The notes: generated by a model not told the origin, from the letters alone. A stretch of DNA of 64,000 bases from an uncultured delta proteobacterium (GCA_963765675.1 CAVXXK010000001.1:1408001-1472000); one strand, 5' to 3'. Counted from the first letter of the stretch, positions 16,851 through 28,919 are shown. Translations and numbers: made by a program.

Positions 16851-17867
16851 CTAATTCTTCGACTTGTCTACCAGGCGGTCGCTTGCTAGCCAGGGCATGA
16901 AGGCGCGGAGCTTGCGGCCGACGTCCTCGACCGGATGGATCTCGCCCTCTTTGCGCATCTGTTTGAAATGCGGCAGGCCGGCGCGATACTCGGCGATCCA
17001 TTCGTTGGCGAATTTGCCCGACTGGATATCGGCGAGCAGCTTTTTCATCGCGGCTCGCGCTTCTTGTCCGATCACGCGCTTGCCGCGCGACATGTCGCCG
17101 TACTCGGCGGTGTTGCTGATCGAGTAGCGCATGTTTGAGATTCCGCCCTCGTATATCAGATCAACGATCAGCTTAACCTCGTGCAGACATTCGAAGTACG
17201 CCATCTCGGGCGCGTAGCCGGCTTCGACCAGCGTTTCCCATCCCGCGCGGATAAGCTCGGTCAGGCCGCCGCACAGGACCGCCTGCTCTCCGAACAGATC
17301 GGTTTCGGTTTCCTCTTTGAATGTAGTTTCGATTATCGCCGCGCGTCCGCCGCCGATTCCGCTGCCCCATGCGAGGCCGACCTTGCGCGTGTCGCCGGAA
17401 GGATCCTGCTGGACGGCGAGCAGGCACGGCACGCCGCGTCCCTTGACGTACTCGGAGCGGACCAGATGGCCGGGGCCTTTGGGCGCGATCATGAAGACGT
17501 TCACGTCGGGCGGCGGCTGGATGAATTTGAAATGGATATTGAAGCCGTGGCCGAAGGCGAGGTACTTGCCTTTGCTGAGTCCGGGCGCGATCTCTTTTGC
17601 ATAGATATCGCCGCCCATCTCGTCGGGCACCAGCATCATGATCACGTCGGCCTGGCGCGTCGCCTCGGCGGCATCGAAGACCGGCAGGCCCTGCTTGATC
17701 GCCTTGTCGCGCGAGGCGCTCGTGGCGCTCAGCCCCACGCGCACGTCCATCCCGCTGTCGCGCAGGTTGAGCGCGTGGGCATGGCCCTGGCTGCCGAAAC
17801 CGATCACGGCGATTTTCTTGCCGCGCAGCGCGTTGAGATCCGCGTCGCGGTCGTAAAAGACTTTCAT
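16851..17867 (-). CDS. ilvC: Ketol-acid reductoisomerase
   Basis: [24 protein letters not shown] and [16 protein letters not shown]. Confidence 0.97.
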   Translation of the reverse strand: MKVFYDRDADLNALRGKKIAVIGFGSQGHAHALNLRDSGMDVRVGLSATSASRDKAIKQGLPVFDAAEATRQADVIMMLVPDEMGGDIYAKEIAPGLSKGKYLAFGHGFNIHFKFIQPPPDVNVFMIAPKGPGHLVRSEYVKGRGVPCLLAVQQDPSGDTRKVGLAWGSGIGGGRAAIIETTFKEETETDLFGEQAVLCGGLTELIRAGWETLVEAGYAPEMAYFECLHEVKLIVDLIYEGGISNMRYSISNTAEYGDMSRGKRVIGQEARAAMKKLLADIQSGKFANEWIAEYRAGLPHFKQMRKEGEIHPVEDVGRKLRAFMPWLASDRLVDKSKN

Positions 17868-17908
17868 CAGAATTTTCTCCCGAGAAGTTTCAGTGCTATC
17901 GGCGAATT

Positions 17909-18427
17909 CTATGCACGATGATGCTTGTGATTGTCGGCGCTTAACTGCGCCGCGCGCGCCATCGCGACTTTGCCCGAGCGCACGATCTCCTTGATCCCGA
18001 GTGGCCGCACCAGCGCGATAAACGCGGTGACCTTTTCGGTGTTACCGGTCAACTCGACGGCCACCGAGTGCGGCCCGATATCGATCACGTGCGCGCGAAA
18101 CGCCTGCACGATCGAATCCAGCTCGGAGCGCGTGCGTTCGTCGACGGCGACCTTGACAATCACCATCTCGCGGTCAACGGTATCGACGCCCTTGAAATCC
18201 GTGACCTTGATCACGGAGACCAGCTTGTTGAGCTGCTTGTTGATCTGCTCGAGGACCTGGTCATCGCCCTCGGCGACCAGGACGATCCGCGAGACGCTGG
18301 TGTCCAGCGGATCGGCGGCGACGGTCAGTGATTCGATGTTGAAGCCGCGGCCGGAAAACAGGCCCGCCACGCGGGCGAGCACGCCGAACTCGTTTTCAAC
18401 CAGGACGGATATAGTGTGACTGGGCAT
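17909..18427 (-). CDS. ilvN: Acetolactate synthase small subunit
   Basis: [34 protein letters not shown] domain. Confidence 0.95.
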   Translation of the reverse strand: MPSHTISVLVENEFGVLARVAGLFSGRGFNIESLTVAADPLDTSVSRIVLVAEGDDQVLEQINKQLNKLVSVIKVTDFKGVDTVDREMVIVKVAVDERTRSELDSIVQAFRAHVIDIGPHSVAVELTGNTEKVTAFIALVRPLGIKEIVRSGKVAMARAAQLSADNHKHHRA

Positions 18428-18494
18428 GCTATGGGCGTGCTCGCGCGCATCGTGGCACAGAGCGGCTTCGGCAGATCCGGGCTGAGCGAAGAGC

Positions 18495-18725
18495 TCAGCG
18501 GGCGTCGGACTGATAGCGTCCGAGGATCGCCATCATCCGGTCTTTGGAAGCCAGTTTGAGCTTCTGAATGCGCTTTTCCTCGATTTCCTCTGCGTTGGTT
18601 AGATAGTGTTTGCTGCGATATTCCTGGAGTTGGTGTTTGAGCGATTCGTGTTCTTCGAACAGCGCCTTCAGCTCATCGTCGTGGGTCAGATGCTGCCGAA
18701 TGAGTTCTTCCTCTCTGCGCTCCAT
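18495..18725 (-). CDS. DUF465/YdcH-family coiled-coil protein
   Basis: LFEEHESL...YLT..EEIEEKRIQKLKLASKDRM; position after tsaB. Confidence 0.75.
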   Translation of the reverse strand: MERREEELIRQHLTHDDELKALFEEHESLKHQLQEYRSKHYLTNAEEIEEKRIQKLKLASKDRMMAILGRYQSDAR

Positions 18726-19450
18726 ACGCCCTCCGTTATGGCCTCCGAGGCACCGGCTTTAAGTGCGGCCTCGGCCTGCGGCGGCCGGACATATAGCGGC
18801 TCGAAGGTGTCGAGGCAGTCGGATTCTCCGCGCGCGACGCGCGCCGCACCGAACGCGGCGATATAACGCCCGCGCGTTTCGAGAATCCGAGTGTCTGGTA
18901 CAATCGCTTCGACGCCCTTCTTTTGCAGAAGAGCAGCCGCGTCGTTTGCCTTGGTGTCGCCCGTTAAAATCGCGCCTGGTCCAGGTTCAGCAAGTCTGGT
19001 TATCAAGTGAGCGAGCGGCATCACCAAATCCTGAGATAACTTCTCTAACCCATCAGCCACGATTCGGTAAAGGGCAGTGTAAACCTCGCCCTTGCGAGCG
19101 TCCAGAATCGGGCAGACCATCATTCCGGTCCGCGCGCCCGGATCTTCGAGGGCCGCGAGCGCGATCGCGTCGAGGCTCGGGACCCCGACGATAGCGCATC
19201 CCGCGGCAAACGCGATTCCTTTTGCGTAACTGACGCCGATCCTGAGGCCGGTAAAGGAGCCCGGGCCGATACCGACCGCGACCGCGCCCAGATCGGAAGG
19301 CTTGATACCCGCCGCCGTCAGCAGGTCATCAACCGCACCGGCGAGCGCGGCGCCATGCGCGGTGGACGCGCGCGCGACTTCGCCCGCGATACGCCCGCTC
19401 ACGACGAGCGCGAGGCTGGCAGGTGATGCACCGGTATCGAGGCCGATCAC
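18686..19450 (-). CDS. tsaB: tRNA threonylcarbamoyladenosine biosynthesis protein TsaB (start approximate)
   Basis: IGLDT, GPGSFTGLRIG, DARKGEVY and EPLYVR. Confidence 0.93.
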   Translation of the reverse strand: MIGLDTGASPASLALVVSGRIAGEVARASTAHGAALAGAVDDLLTAAGIKPSDLGAVAVGIGPGSFTGLRIGVSYAKGIAFAAGCAIVGVPSLDAIALAALEDPGARTGMMVCPILDARKGEVYTALYRIVADGLEKLSQDLVMPLAHLITRLAEPGPGAILTGDTKANDAAALLQKKGVEAIVPDTRILETRGRYIAAFGAARVARGESDCLDTFEPLYVRPPQAEAALKAGASEAITEGVWSAERKNSFGSI

Positions 19451-19484
19451 CGCGCGGCCGGCGGCTGCCTGTTGAAGGAGATTT

Positions 19485-20879
19485 TCAGCCCTGCACAATA
19501 CGCGCGATGTCATTGAAGATCACAAATGCCATCAACACCACCAGCAGAAACAATCCGACTTGCAGAGCCATCTCGCGATGGCGCAGTGCCAGCGGTTTGC
19601 CGCGAATACCCTCGCACGCGAAAAACAGCAGATGGCCACCGTCGAGCAGCGGCACCGGCAGCAGGTTGATGATTCCGAGCTCGAGACTCAGCATCACGGT
19701 GAACATCGCGACGCTGGCGAAGCCCTGGTGCGCCTCACGTCCGGCGAGCTGGGCGATCATGATCGGTCCGCCCAGCGCCTCGCGCACGGGAGTCGCGCCC
19801 GAGATGATGCTGGCGACTCCTGTGACCAACTGCACCGTCATCGAGGCGGAGGTCGTGACCGCATCGATCGCGGCGTGGTAGGGATTTTCGCGCCTGACAA
19901 TTTCGTCGCCGCGCGACATCACGCCAATAATCCAGCGCTTGGCGGGCGCGCCGAAGATATTCTTTTCGGTCTCGAGCTTGGGGCTGAGCGAAATGAAGGT
20001 GCGCGACGAGGCGGTTGCGTCGTGACGTTCGACTTCGAGCTTGAGCGTAGTTCCCTTGCTGGCTTCGACCCGGTTGGCGAAATCCATCCAGGTCGCGGTC
20101 GGTTGCCCGTCGACCGCGACGATCCGATCGCCGGTGCGAAGGCCGGCCGACGCCGCGGGCAGGCCCGCCTTGATCTCGCCGACGACGGGTTGCACAACCG
20201 GCACGCCGTACATGAAGACGATCCAGAGCAGGATCGGCGCGAAGATTATGTTCGAGGCAGGTCCCGCCAGCACGATCGCAAAGCGCTTCCAGAGCCGCTG
20301 GGAGGGAAAAGCGCGGGCGCGGAACGCGGCGATCAGGGAATCGGGAGGATTATCGCGCAGCGCGGCGCGCGCAGCTTCCAGAGTGGGGTCCATCCGCAGC
20401 CGATTTACCAGCGCGGCTTCTTCGGGCTTGATTTCGCGGCCCAGAATCGCGACCGCGTTCGATTCGCTGACAGGCGCGGCGGCGGTGTTGCCGAACGCTA
20501 CGGACGAGGGTTCGCCGACGAGCTGGCGGGCGATGTTTTGTACCTGAGCGTCGAAGCTGCCGCGGGCGATCGCGGTGCCGTGGAGACGCGCGGCGTCAAC
20601 CAGGTCGTGGCCGAGTTCGGTGATGAAGGTTTCGAGCTCTTCGGACTTGGGCTCCTCGCCAACTTCGTCGCCGAGCATGCGCACGTAACCGCCCAGAGGA
20701 GTTGCGCCGATTTGATATTCGGTCTCGCCGCGCCTGATCGCAAACAATTTCGGCGGGTACCCGATCGAGAAACGCAGCACCCGCACGCCGAGCTGTTTCG
20801 CCATCGCGAAGTGGCCGGCCTCGTGGACGATAACCAGAAGGCCGAGAATAACCACGGCCGCAACGATAGAAGTCAGCAT
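19485..20879 (-). CDS. rseP: RIP metalloprotease RseP (single PDZ) with a large insertion
   Basis: HEAGH, FSIG, PLGGYV, AGP..N, one PDZ domain and NLLPVPLLDGGH. Confidence 0.93.
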   Translation of the reverse strand: MLTSIVAAVVILGLLVIVHEAGHFAMAKQLGVRVLRFSIGYPPKLFAIRRGETEYQIGATPLGGYVRMLGDEVGEEPKSEELETFITELGHDLVDAARLHGTAIARGSFDAQVQNIARQLVGEPSSVAFGNTAAAPVSESNAVAILGREIKPEEAALVNRLRMDPTLEAARAALRDNPPDSLIAAFRARAFPSQRLWKRFAIVLAGPASNIIFAPILLWIVFMYGVPVVQPVVGEIKAGLPAASAGLRTGDRIVAVDGQPTATWMDFANRVEASKGTTLKLEVERHDATASSRTFISLSPKLETEKNIFGAPAKRWIIGVMSRGDEIVRRENPYHAAIDAVTTSASMTVQLVTGVASIISGATPVREALGGPIMIAQLAGREAHQGFASVAMFTVMLSLELGIINLLPVPLLDGGHLLFFACEGIRGKPLALRHREMALQVGLFLLVVLMAFVIFNDIARIVQG

Positions 20880-20934
20880 AGAACTCCAGTACAGGGTTGA
20901 TCAGGCAGAAGCTGCCTGCGGTCCCAGCACAGCA

Positions 20935-21723
20935 TCACCTAAGACAATAGTAGGTGAAGACTGCCGCGAAGACTAGGCTGCAGGTACGGTCTATGAGTCC
21001 GCCATGGCCCGGAAAGATCCAGCCGGAGTCCTTGACTCCGGCGGTCCGCTTGAAGGCCGATCCCGCCAGATCGCCGGCCTGGGCGAGAATCGCGATCGCG
21101 GCCGAAATTGCGGCGATTGCGGCGATGCTCCAGCCGGGCGCGAGCCATCGACGCAGGATTATGCCCGCTATCACGGCTGCGACCAGGCCGCCGATCGCGC
21201 CCTCGAACGATTTTTTCGGACTCACTCGTGGCGCGAGCTTGGTGCGTCCGATCGCGGAGCCAACGAAATATGCGCCGCTGTCGCTTGCGACCACGAGCAG
21301 CAGCATCAGGATGATCGTCGGGATACCGCCGCGCAGATTCCGGAGCATCGCGAAGTACGGATACAGCACGCCGACATAGAGTGCGCCGAGCGCGGCGAGA
21401 ATCGGGCCGCCGGGGCCTCCCGCAGGGCCGCGCATCGCGACCGCGACCACCAGCCAGAGCATCGCAACGATTACGGCGACCGGGATGATCCACAAACCGC
21501 CGTCGCCGAGAGCGAGAAGGATGAATAGTGGCGCGGCGCCGGCGACCGCGAGGATCGCGATCGAGCGAGGATCACGCGAATGGGTCATCGCGGCGATTTC
21601 GTAAAGTCCCCAGAGTCCGAGAATGGCGATAAACGCGGCGAAGGCTCCGTCGGGCGCGAAGATTACGATCGCCAGAACGACAGGCAGCGCCACCGCAGCG
21701 GTCAGGAGCCTGGTGGTCAGCAC
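20935..21723 (-). CDS. cdsA: Phosphatidate cytidylyltransferase
   Basis: SDSGAYFVG, SPKKSFEG and KR.AGVKDSG..FPGHGGLIDR. Confidence 0.95.
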   Translation of the reverse strand: MLTTRLLTAAVALPVVLAIVIFAPDGAFAAFIAILGLWGLYEIAAMTHSRDPRSIAILAVAGAAPLFILLALGDGGLWIIPVAVIVAMLWLVVAVAMRGPAGGPGGPILAALGALYVGVLYPYFAMLRNLRGGIPTIILMLLLVVASDSGAYFVGSAIGRTKLAPRVSPKKSFEGAIGGLVAAVIAGIILRRWLAPGWSIAAIAAISAAIAILAQAGDLAGSAFKRTAGVKDSGWIFPGHGGLIDRTCSLVFAAVFTYYCLR

Positions 21724-21756
21724 GCGAGGAGATTTCCTAAAAAGGCATTCGCGCCG

Positions 21757-22515
21757 CTAGCCCGGAGTGACGTTGCCGAAACGGCGCTCGCGCGCCTGGT
21801 AGGCGGCCAGCGCGCTCAGGAACTCGCGCTCGCGGAAGTCGGGCCACAGAGTGTCGGTGAAATAGAGTTCCGTGTAGGCGAGCTGAAACAGAAAAAAATT
21901 CGAGATGCGCAACTCGCCCGAGGTGCGGATGAGCAGGTCGGGATCGGGCATCGAGGCGGTGGTGAGCGCGCTATCGACCGCGGCCGAATCGATCTGGTCG
22001 GCAGTTATCTCGCCCGCCGCGACCTTGGCCGCAAGCTTTCTGACCGCGGCGACGACATCCTGGCGACCGCCGTAGGAGAGCGCGAGCGCGACTGTCATGT
22101 CGCGGTTATCGCGGGTGGTCTCAACCGCTTCAGCCAGCACCTGGCGCAGGCGCGGGGGCAATCGGTCGGTGTCGCCGAGCGCGAGGATGCGGATTCCGCG
22201 TTTCATCATCCGCTTGGTTTCGGTGAGCAGATAGCGATGCAGCAGGCGCATCAGGAAATCGACTTCCGTCGTCGGGCGCGCCCAGTTCTCGGCCGAGAAC
22301 GCGAACAGCGTCAGGTAGGGGATGCCGAGCTCGCGCGCGGCTTCGACCACGGCGCGCACGGAATCTTTGGCGCGGCGATGGCCCTCGTTGCGGGCGAGTC
22401 CGCGGCGGCGCGCCCAGCGGCCGTTGCCGTCCATCACGATCGCGACGTGGCGCGGCAGGCGCGCGGGATCGCGCGAGAGCTGGGGGAAATCGTTTAGTGG
22501 GAGTGAGATTGCCAC
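21757..22515 (-). CDS. uppS: Undecaprenyl diphosphate synthase
   Basis: HVAIVMDGNGRWA, FSAENW.RP and RTSGELRISNF. Confidence 0.96.
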   Translation of the reverse strand: MAISLPLNDFPQLSRDPARLPRHVAIVMDGNGRWARRRGLARNEGHRRAKDSVRAVVEAARELGIPYLTLFAFSAENWARPTTEVDFLMRLLHRYLLTETKRMMKRGIRILALGDTDRLPPRLRQVLAEAVETTRDNRDMTVALALSYGGRQDVVAAVRKLAAKVAAGEITADQIDSAAVDSALTTASMPDPDLLIRTSGELRISNFFLFQLAYTELYFTDTLWPDFREREFLSALAAYQARERRFGNVTPG

Positions 22516-22572
22516 GGAATATGCGAGCGCAAGGTGCGGGCGGATAACCCGCGCTTCCAGGTCCGGCTCGGT

Positions 22573-23130
22573 TCAGACCTCCATGATCTCGGCTTCCTTG
22601 GCTTGCAGGACTTTATCGATCTTCTCGATGAACTCGGTGGTGAACCCCTGGACCTTGGTCTCGGCGGCGCGCAGATCGTCGTCCGCGATCTGCTTGTCCT
22701 TGTGCAGTTCCTTCAGCATGTCGTTGGCGTCACGGCGATGGTTGCGCACGCCGACGCGGAATTCCTCGGCGATCTTGCGTACGTGCTTGACGAGGTCCTT
22801 GCGCCGATCCTCGGTCAGCTCGGGCAGCGGGATTCGGATCACCTTGCCGTCATTCATCGGATTGAGGCCCAAGTCGGAAGTCTGGATCGCCTTTTCGATA
22901 TCGTGCATCGCGCCCTTGTCGTAGGGCGTGATCACGATCAAGCGCGGCTCGGGCGCGGCGAGTCCGGCCAACTGGCGCATCGGGGTTTTAGCGCCGTAGT
23001 AATTCACTTGCAGATTTTCGACCAGCGCGGTCGACGCGCGCCCCGTGCGCACGCGCGAGAGTTCATGGCGGAAGGCCTCGACGGACTTCTCCATCTCCTT
23101 ATGCGCAAGATCGATGACTTCGCCGGTCAC
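22573..23130 (-). CDS. frr: Ribosome recycling factor
   Basis: [15 protein letters not shown] and [10 protein letters not shown]. Confidence 0.96.
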   Translation of the reverse strand: MTGEVIDLAHKEMEKSVEAFRHELSRVRTGRASTALVENLQVNYYGAKTPMRQLAGLAAPEPRLIVITPYDKGAMHDIEKAIQTSDLGLNPMNDGKVIRIPLPELTEDRRKDLVKHVRKIAEEFRVGVRNHRRDANDMLKELHKDKQIADDDLRAAETKVQGFTTEFIEKIDKVLQAKEAEIMEV

Positions 23131-23879
23131 GCGCTTTCCACCCAGGTGCCGATCGGTTCACCCATCACGGCCCTTCTTATATTACCCGGTTTGCGCAAAT
23201 TGAAAACGACTATGGGTAGATGGTTATCCATGCACATCGAGATGGCGGTCGAGTCCATCACCTTGAGATTCTTCTGCAGGACGTCGAGATAGGTCAGGCG
23301 GTCGAAGCGTTTGGCGCCCGGCTCGCGCACCGGATCGCGGTCATAGACGCCGTCAACGGTGTGGCTGGCCTTCAGAATCACCTGGGCGCCGATTTCGAGC
23401 GCGCGCAGGCTGGCGGCGGTATCGGTAGTGAAATACGGATTTCCGGTGCCGGCGGCGAAAATTACGACGCGTCCCTTCTCCAGGTGACGCACCGCGCGGC
23501 GCAGGATATACGGCTCGGCGACGGCCTGCATCGCGACCGCGGAGAGCACGCGAGTGCTGACGCCGACGTGCTCGAGCGCGTTCTGCAGGGCCAGGGCGTT
23601 GATCACGGTGCCGAGCATGCCCATCTGGTCGGCGGTCGAGCGATCCATGCCGCGCGCCTCGTAGTCGGAGCCGCGGATAAAGTTGCCGGCGCCGATCACG
23701 ATCGCGAGCTCGATCTGGAGGACGGCGATTTCCTTGACCTCGAGCGCGAACTTCGCCAGCACGTCGAGGTCGATGCCGCCCTGATTGTCCTGGGCGAGCG
23801 CCTGCCCGGAGAGCTTGAGCAGAACGCGATTGAAGTGGGGCTTGGCGCCCGCGGATCTGTCAACCTCGTCCATCGCCAT
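23127..23879 (-). CDS. pyrH: UMP kinase
   Basis: [20 protein letters not shown] and [13 protein letters not shown]. Confidence 0.96.
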   Translation of the reverse strand: MAMDEVDRSAGAKPHFNRVLLKLSGQALAQDNQGGIDLDVLAKFALEVKEIAVLQIELAIVIGAGNFIRGSDYEARGMDRSTADQMGMLGTVINALALQNALEHVGVSTRVLSAVAMQAVAEPYILRRAVRHLEKGRVVIFAAGTGNPYFTTDTAASLRALEIGAQVILKASHTVDGVYDRDPVREPGAKRFDRLTYLDVLQKNLKVMDSTAISMCMDNHLPIVVFNLRKPGNIRRAVMGEPIGTWVESA

Positions 23880-23932
23880 CGTTACTCCTGGGCTCTGGCT
23901 GTCGGCGTTTCTCCAAGGAAGCCGGATCGCGA

Positions 23933-24547
23933 TCAGTTGATTTCGGCCTCTTTGTTTTCGCCGAGCTGAAAGCGCACGAAGCGGCGCACGTCAATCTTTT
24001 CTTTGAGCTTGGCGCCGAACTCGAGCACCAGGTCGTTGATGGTGCGGTTCGGGTCGCGCACGTAGCTCTGCTCGAGCAGGCAGATGTCCTTGAGGAATTT
24101 CTCCATCTTGCCTTCGACGATCTTGGTGATCACGGCCTCGGGCTTGCCTGAGGCTTGCGCCTGCTGCGCGTAGATCTGGCGCTCCTGCTCGGCGATTTCG
24201 GGGGGAAGGTCCTCGCGGCGCACGACGCGCGGATTAGCCGCCGCCACCTGCATCGCGATTTCCTTGACCAGGGTCTGGAAGTCGTCGGTCTTGGCGACGA
24301 AATCGCTCTCGCAATTCACCTCGACCAGCACGCCCAGCTTGCCGCCCGCGTGAATATAGCTGCCGACGGAGCCCTCGGAAGCTTTGCGGTCCGCGCGTTT
24401 GGCGGCCTGCATGATTCCGTTCTCATGCAGCCAAGCGGTGGCCTTTTCGAGGTCGCCATTGGCCTCGGCCAGGGCCTTTTTGCAATCCATCACACCCGCG
24501 CCGGTCTTGTCGCGGAGTTCTTTTACGGTTGAGGGTTTGACTTCCAT
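23933..24547 (-). CDS. tsf: Elongation factor Ts (short form)
   Basis: [29 protein letters not shown] and [10 protein letters not shown]. Confidence 0.96.
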   Translation of the reverse strand: MEVKPSTVKELRDKTGAGVMDCKKALAEANGDLEKATAWLHENGIMQAAKRADRKASEGSVGSYIHAGGKLGVLVEVNCESDFVAKTDDFQTLVKEIAMQVAAANPRVVRREDLPPEIAEQERQIYAQQAQASGKPEAVITKIVEGKMEKFLKDICLLEQSYVRDPNRTINDLVLEFGAKLKEKIDVRRFVRFQLGENKEAEIN

Positions 24548-24646
24548 TTGAGCTGGCACCGCGGATTTAAGTTGCGGGTTCGCGCCCGGGACCGATTGGT
24601 TCGAATCGGGCGCGAGCGGTTATCCCGCTTAAGTTTTCTTCGTGCG

Positions 24647-25414
24647 TTAAACTGCGCTGGGCGATTCCGGCGCGGGTCCGCTGTCGCGATCCGCGGAGTC
24701 GTCCTGCTGGCCCTTCTGGCGCTCCTCGGCGAGCTGCTTGCCTTCGAGGATCGCGTCGGCGACGGCGGCGGTGAACAGCTTGATCGCGCGGATCGCGTCG
24801 TCGTTGCCGGGAATCCGGTACGAGATCAGGTCGGGGTCGCAATTGGTATCGACCACCGCCGCGACCGGAATTCCGAGCCGCTTGGCCTCGGCGACCGCGA
24901 TATCTTCCTTCTTGGTATCGATGACCCAGAGCGCGTCCGGCAACTTGCGCATGTTCTTGATTCCGCCGAGCACGGACATCAGCTTCGCGTGCTCGCGGCC
25001 GTTGTCGCTCATTTCCTTTTTGGTCAGAGCGCGCGCCATCTCGGGGTCGGAGAGAATTTCTTCGAGCTTCTTGAGCCGGTCGATCGAGGCGCGAATCGTC
25101 TGGAAGTTGGTCAGCATCCCGCCGAGCCAGCGGTTGTTGACATAGAACATTCCGCAGCGTTCGGCTTCTTCCTTAACGATATCCTGCGCCTGCTTCTTGG
25201 TGCCGACAAACAGCATCGTGCCGCCCTGGGCGGCGAGGTCGCGCGCGAAATCGAAGGTCGCGCGGAACATGCGGACGGTCTGCTGCAGATCGATAATGTA
25301 AATCCCGTTGCGGGCGCCGAAGATGTAGGGTTTCATCTTCGGATTCCAGCGGCTGGTCTGATGGCCGAAATGGACCCCGGCCTCCAGGAGCTGCTTCATG
25401 CTGATCTCGGTCAT
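24647..25414 (-). CDS. rpsB: 30S ribosomal protein S2
   Basis: [29 protein letters not shown] and PGNDDAIR. Confidence 0.97.
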   Translation of the reverse strand: MTEISMKQLLEAGVHFGHQTSRWNPKMKPYIFGARNGIYIIDLQQTVRMFRATFDFARDLAAQGGTMLFVGTKKQAQDIVKEEAERCGMFYVNNRWLGGMLTNFQTIRASIDRLKKLEEILSDPEMARALTKKEMSDNGREHAKLMSVLGGIKNMRKLPDALWVIDTKKEDIAVAEAKRLGIPVAAVVDTNCDPDLISYRIPGNDDAIRAIKLFTAAVADAILEGKQLAEERQKGQQDDSADRDSGPAPESPSAV

Positions 25415-25677
25415 AGCGTTATTGTTAAACCTCGCAAAAGTTACGCGCCGCGCCCCTATGTTGGAGCAATCGTCCAGTATTATAGATTGCCGCCCGTGGG
25501 TCAAAGGATGGGGAGACGCGGCGGTTGCGGGTGCTCGCGGGCGGACGAGCCGTCCGCCTCCACTGACAGAAAGAAGATGTCAGAGGGCCTCGGTCTCGGC
25601 GGCCCTTTGGCGCGAGAGGCGCGCGACCGGCGGGACACCGGTCCTACTGGCGGAGAAAAGCGAACGACACCCGCGCG

Positions 25678-27048
<1,371 letters not shown>

Positions 27049-27300
27049 GTGCCTTCCCCGCAAAACTGCCTCACTATTTATGCTGGATTTCCGCGCGCCC
27101 GCCGATTGCGGCGACGCGGGTTTGGATACTTCATTCGGAAAGGTTTTCCGCCCAGCGGAATACCTTAAGTAGTTCACTTGCTCCAAGCGGCCGGGAATCA
27201 GAACAGAGACTCAGAAAGTTCGGGAACTCGGGCCGCTCAAGCGAGAGGTATCTTCTCCTCCACCCCGCCACAGCGTCCTTGGTGCGGAAGCTCACCATAG

Positions 27301-27329
27301 ACGCTAACTGGCCGATGCGCTCGTGTCAA
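27301..27329 (-). promoter_or_regulatory. Probable sigma70 promoter of rho
   Basis: TTGACA-N17-TAGCGT, about 250 nt upstream of the rho ATG. Confidence 0.6.
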
Positions 27330-28345
27330 CGGTGATCATTCGATTTCAATCCATCGACGCAGTGTCGGCGAGACCGCGACGAAATTCCGCGCGCGGTGAG
27401 ATATTGCGCGAAATCCCCGGGCGGCGGCGCGATAAATTCGAGCTCGGCGCGCGAGCGCGGATGCGCGATCTTGAGCGCCAATGCGTGCAGCGCGTGGCGC
27501 TCGAATGAAGCTGCGGCGCCGCGCTTCGATGCGCCGCCATAAAGATTGTCGCCGAGACACGGATGCCCGATCGACGCGAGATGAACGCGAATCTGATGCG
27601 TGCGGCCGGTCTCCGGACGGATCCGGACGAGCGTCGCGCCGAGCTCGTCGCGTGACTGTGGTTTGAAGCGTGCGAGCACGGAGACATGGCTGGTAGCCTC
27701 GCGCGGGTTGTGCGACGCGATCGACATCCGTTTGCGCTCGACAGGATGGCGCCCGATCGCGCGCGCGATCGTTTGCCGATCCTTGGCGACGATGCCGCGC
27801 ACGATCGCGAGATAGATCTTGCGCACCGTGCGATCCTTGAACTCCCGCGACAGCGCCGTGCGCGCAAACGGAGTGCGCGCGACGATCATCACGCCCGAAG
27901 TTTCTTTGTCCAGGCGATGCACGATTCCGGGGCGCAGCACGCCGTCAGGCTCCGCCATCGCGGCCAGCTCCGGAAAGCGCGCCAGGAGTGCGTCGACGAG
28001 CGTCGCATCAGGATGCCCCGGCGCGGGATGCACGGTCATCCCGGCGGCTTTGTTGACGACGATTATTTCCGCGTCGGCGAAAAGCACGTCGATAGCGGGA
28101 GCATCGCCGGTCGACTGATGAGGCTCGGGTGCGAGCGGCGGTGCAATCGCGATCGCGTCTCCGGCGCGTACCGCGGATGCGGCCCGTGCTGCGGCGCCAT
28201 TGACGGTGACGAGGCCGGCCTTGATCATCCGCGCAACCTGCGAGCGCGAGTACTCCGGCGCAAGGTGCGCGGAGATGAAAACATCGAGCCGCATCCCGGC
28301 ATGCAGGGGTTCCACGGTGAAGGTGTGTTTTGGGTTAGGTAGCAC
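27326..28345 (-). CDS. rluD: RluA/RluD-family 23S rRNA pseudouridine synthase with S4 domain
   Basis: RLDVF, VNKAAGMTVHP, RPGIVHRLDKETSG and ETGRTHQIRVH. Confidence 0.9.
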   Translation of the reverse strand: MLPNPKHTFTVEPLHAGMRLDVFISAHLAPEYSRSQVARMIKAGLVTVNGAAARAASAVRAGDAIAIAPPLAPEPHQSTGDAPAIDVLFADAEIIVVNKAAGMTVHPAPGHPDATLVDALLARFPELAAMAEPDGVLRPGIVHRLDKETSGVMIVARTPFARTALSREFKDRTVRKIYLAIVRGIVAKDRQTIARAIGRHPVERKRMSIASHNPREATSHVSVLARFKPQSRDELGATLVRIRPETGRTHQIRVHLASIGHPCLGDNLYGGASKRGAAASFERHALHALALKIAHPRSRAELEFIAPPPGDFAQYLTARGISSRSRRHCVDGLKSNDHR

Positions 28346-28413
28346 TGATCGATTTGGTTACTTGCAGTTCTGCGAAACCAATCACTTGAAGGAGGCTGTC
28401 GAGGTTCTCAGAA

Positions 28414-28435
28414 CACAGGCTGAAGCCTGTGCCAC
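28414..28435. repeat. Single GTGG-type REP
   Basis: CACAGGCTGAAGCCTGTGCCAC, same family as 14485-14533. Confidence 0.7.
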
Positions 28436-28507
28436 TTAACAACCTTTCCAGAATTGAATTCCTTGGAAGCGGTGACGATTCGATTTGTTCGCAAATTTCC
28501 AACTCTT

Positions 28508-28624
28508 GTCATCCTGAGCCAGAGGCGAAGGATCTCCGCGAAGCGATTAGTACAACCAGCGTGGATTTCCGCACTAATCGCTGCGCGGAGATCCTTCACT
28601 GCGGCAACCTCCGTTCAGGATGAC
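28508..28624. repeat. GTCATCCTGA-type palindromic element (inverted copy of 5289-5407)
   Basis: Matches the reverse complement of 5289-5407 over its whole length with few differences. Confidence 0.9.
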
Positions 28625-28645
28625 GGACGCGTGCTATGGATGCGA

Positions 28646-28867
28646 TCACTGTGGCGCGGGTGTTGCTGCGGGCGGCGGCGGGGTCGAGGGCGTGCAGTTC
28701 TCGTTCGAGGTGTCGATCATCGCAAGCCCGTAGCTGGTCTTCTGACAGTTCTCGCCGGAAACGCCATTGGTTGGACGTGAGTAGTACCAGCACGACGACA
28801 GCGCGGTTGCAGCGGCGGCGATGATCAACAATTTCGAGGTCCGGAAAATCGGTGCGCGGGTTCTCAT
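28646..28867 (-). CDS. Putative small lipoprotein
   Basis: Basic N-terminus, hydrophobic stretch, LSSC lipobox, two more Cys and a Pro-rich tail. Confidence 0.6.
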   Translation of the reverse strand: MRTRAPIFRTSKLLIIAAAATALSSCWYYSRPTNGVSGENCQKTSYGLAMIDTSNENCTPSTPPPPAATPAPQ

Positions 28868-28919
28868 GGCAGGCTTACCCCTTTGCGTTCATCGCGCTTG
28901 CGGCAGTCTGCGCGGACGG

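Noticed and set aside
23933-24547. Short (~200 aa) EF-Ts
   Set aside because: Known short form found in several phyla; not a truncation
25470-25510. rpsB promoter TTGACC..TATAAT and an S2 autoregulatory leader
   Set aside because: Spacing is only 14 nt and I could not support a leader structure by eye
27326-27400. Possible frameshift at the rluD 3' end
   Set aside because: All conserved motifs are complete upstream; the tail cannot be judged without homologues
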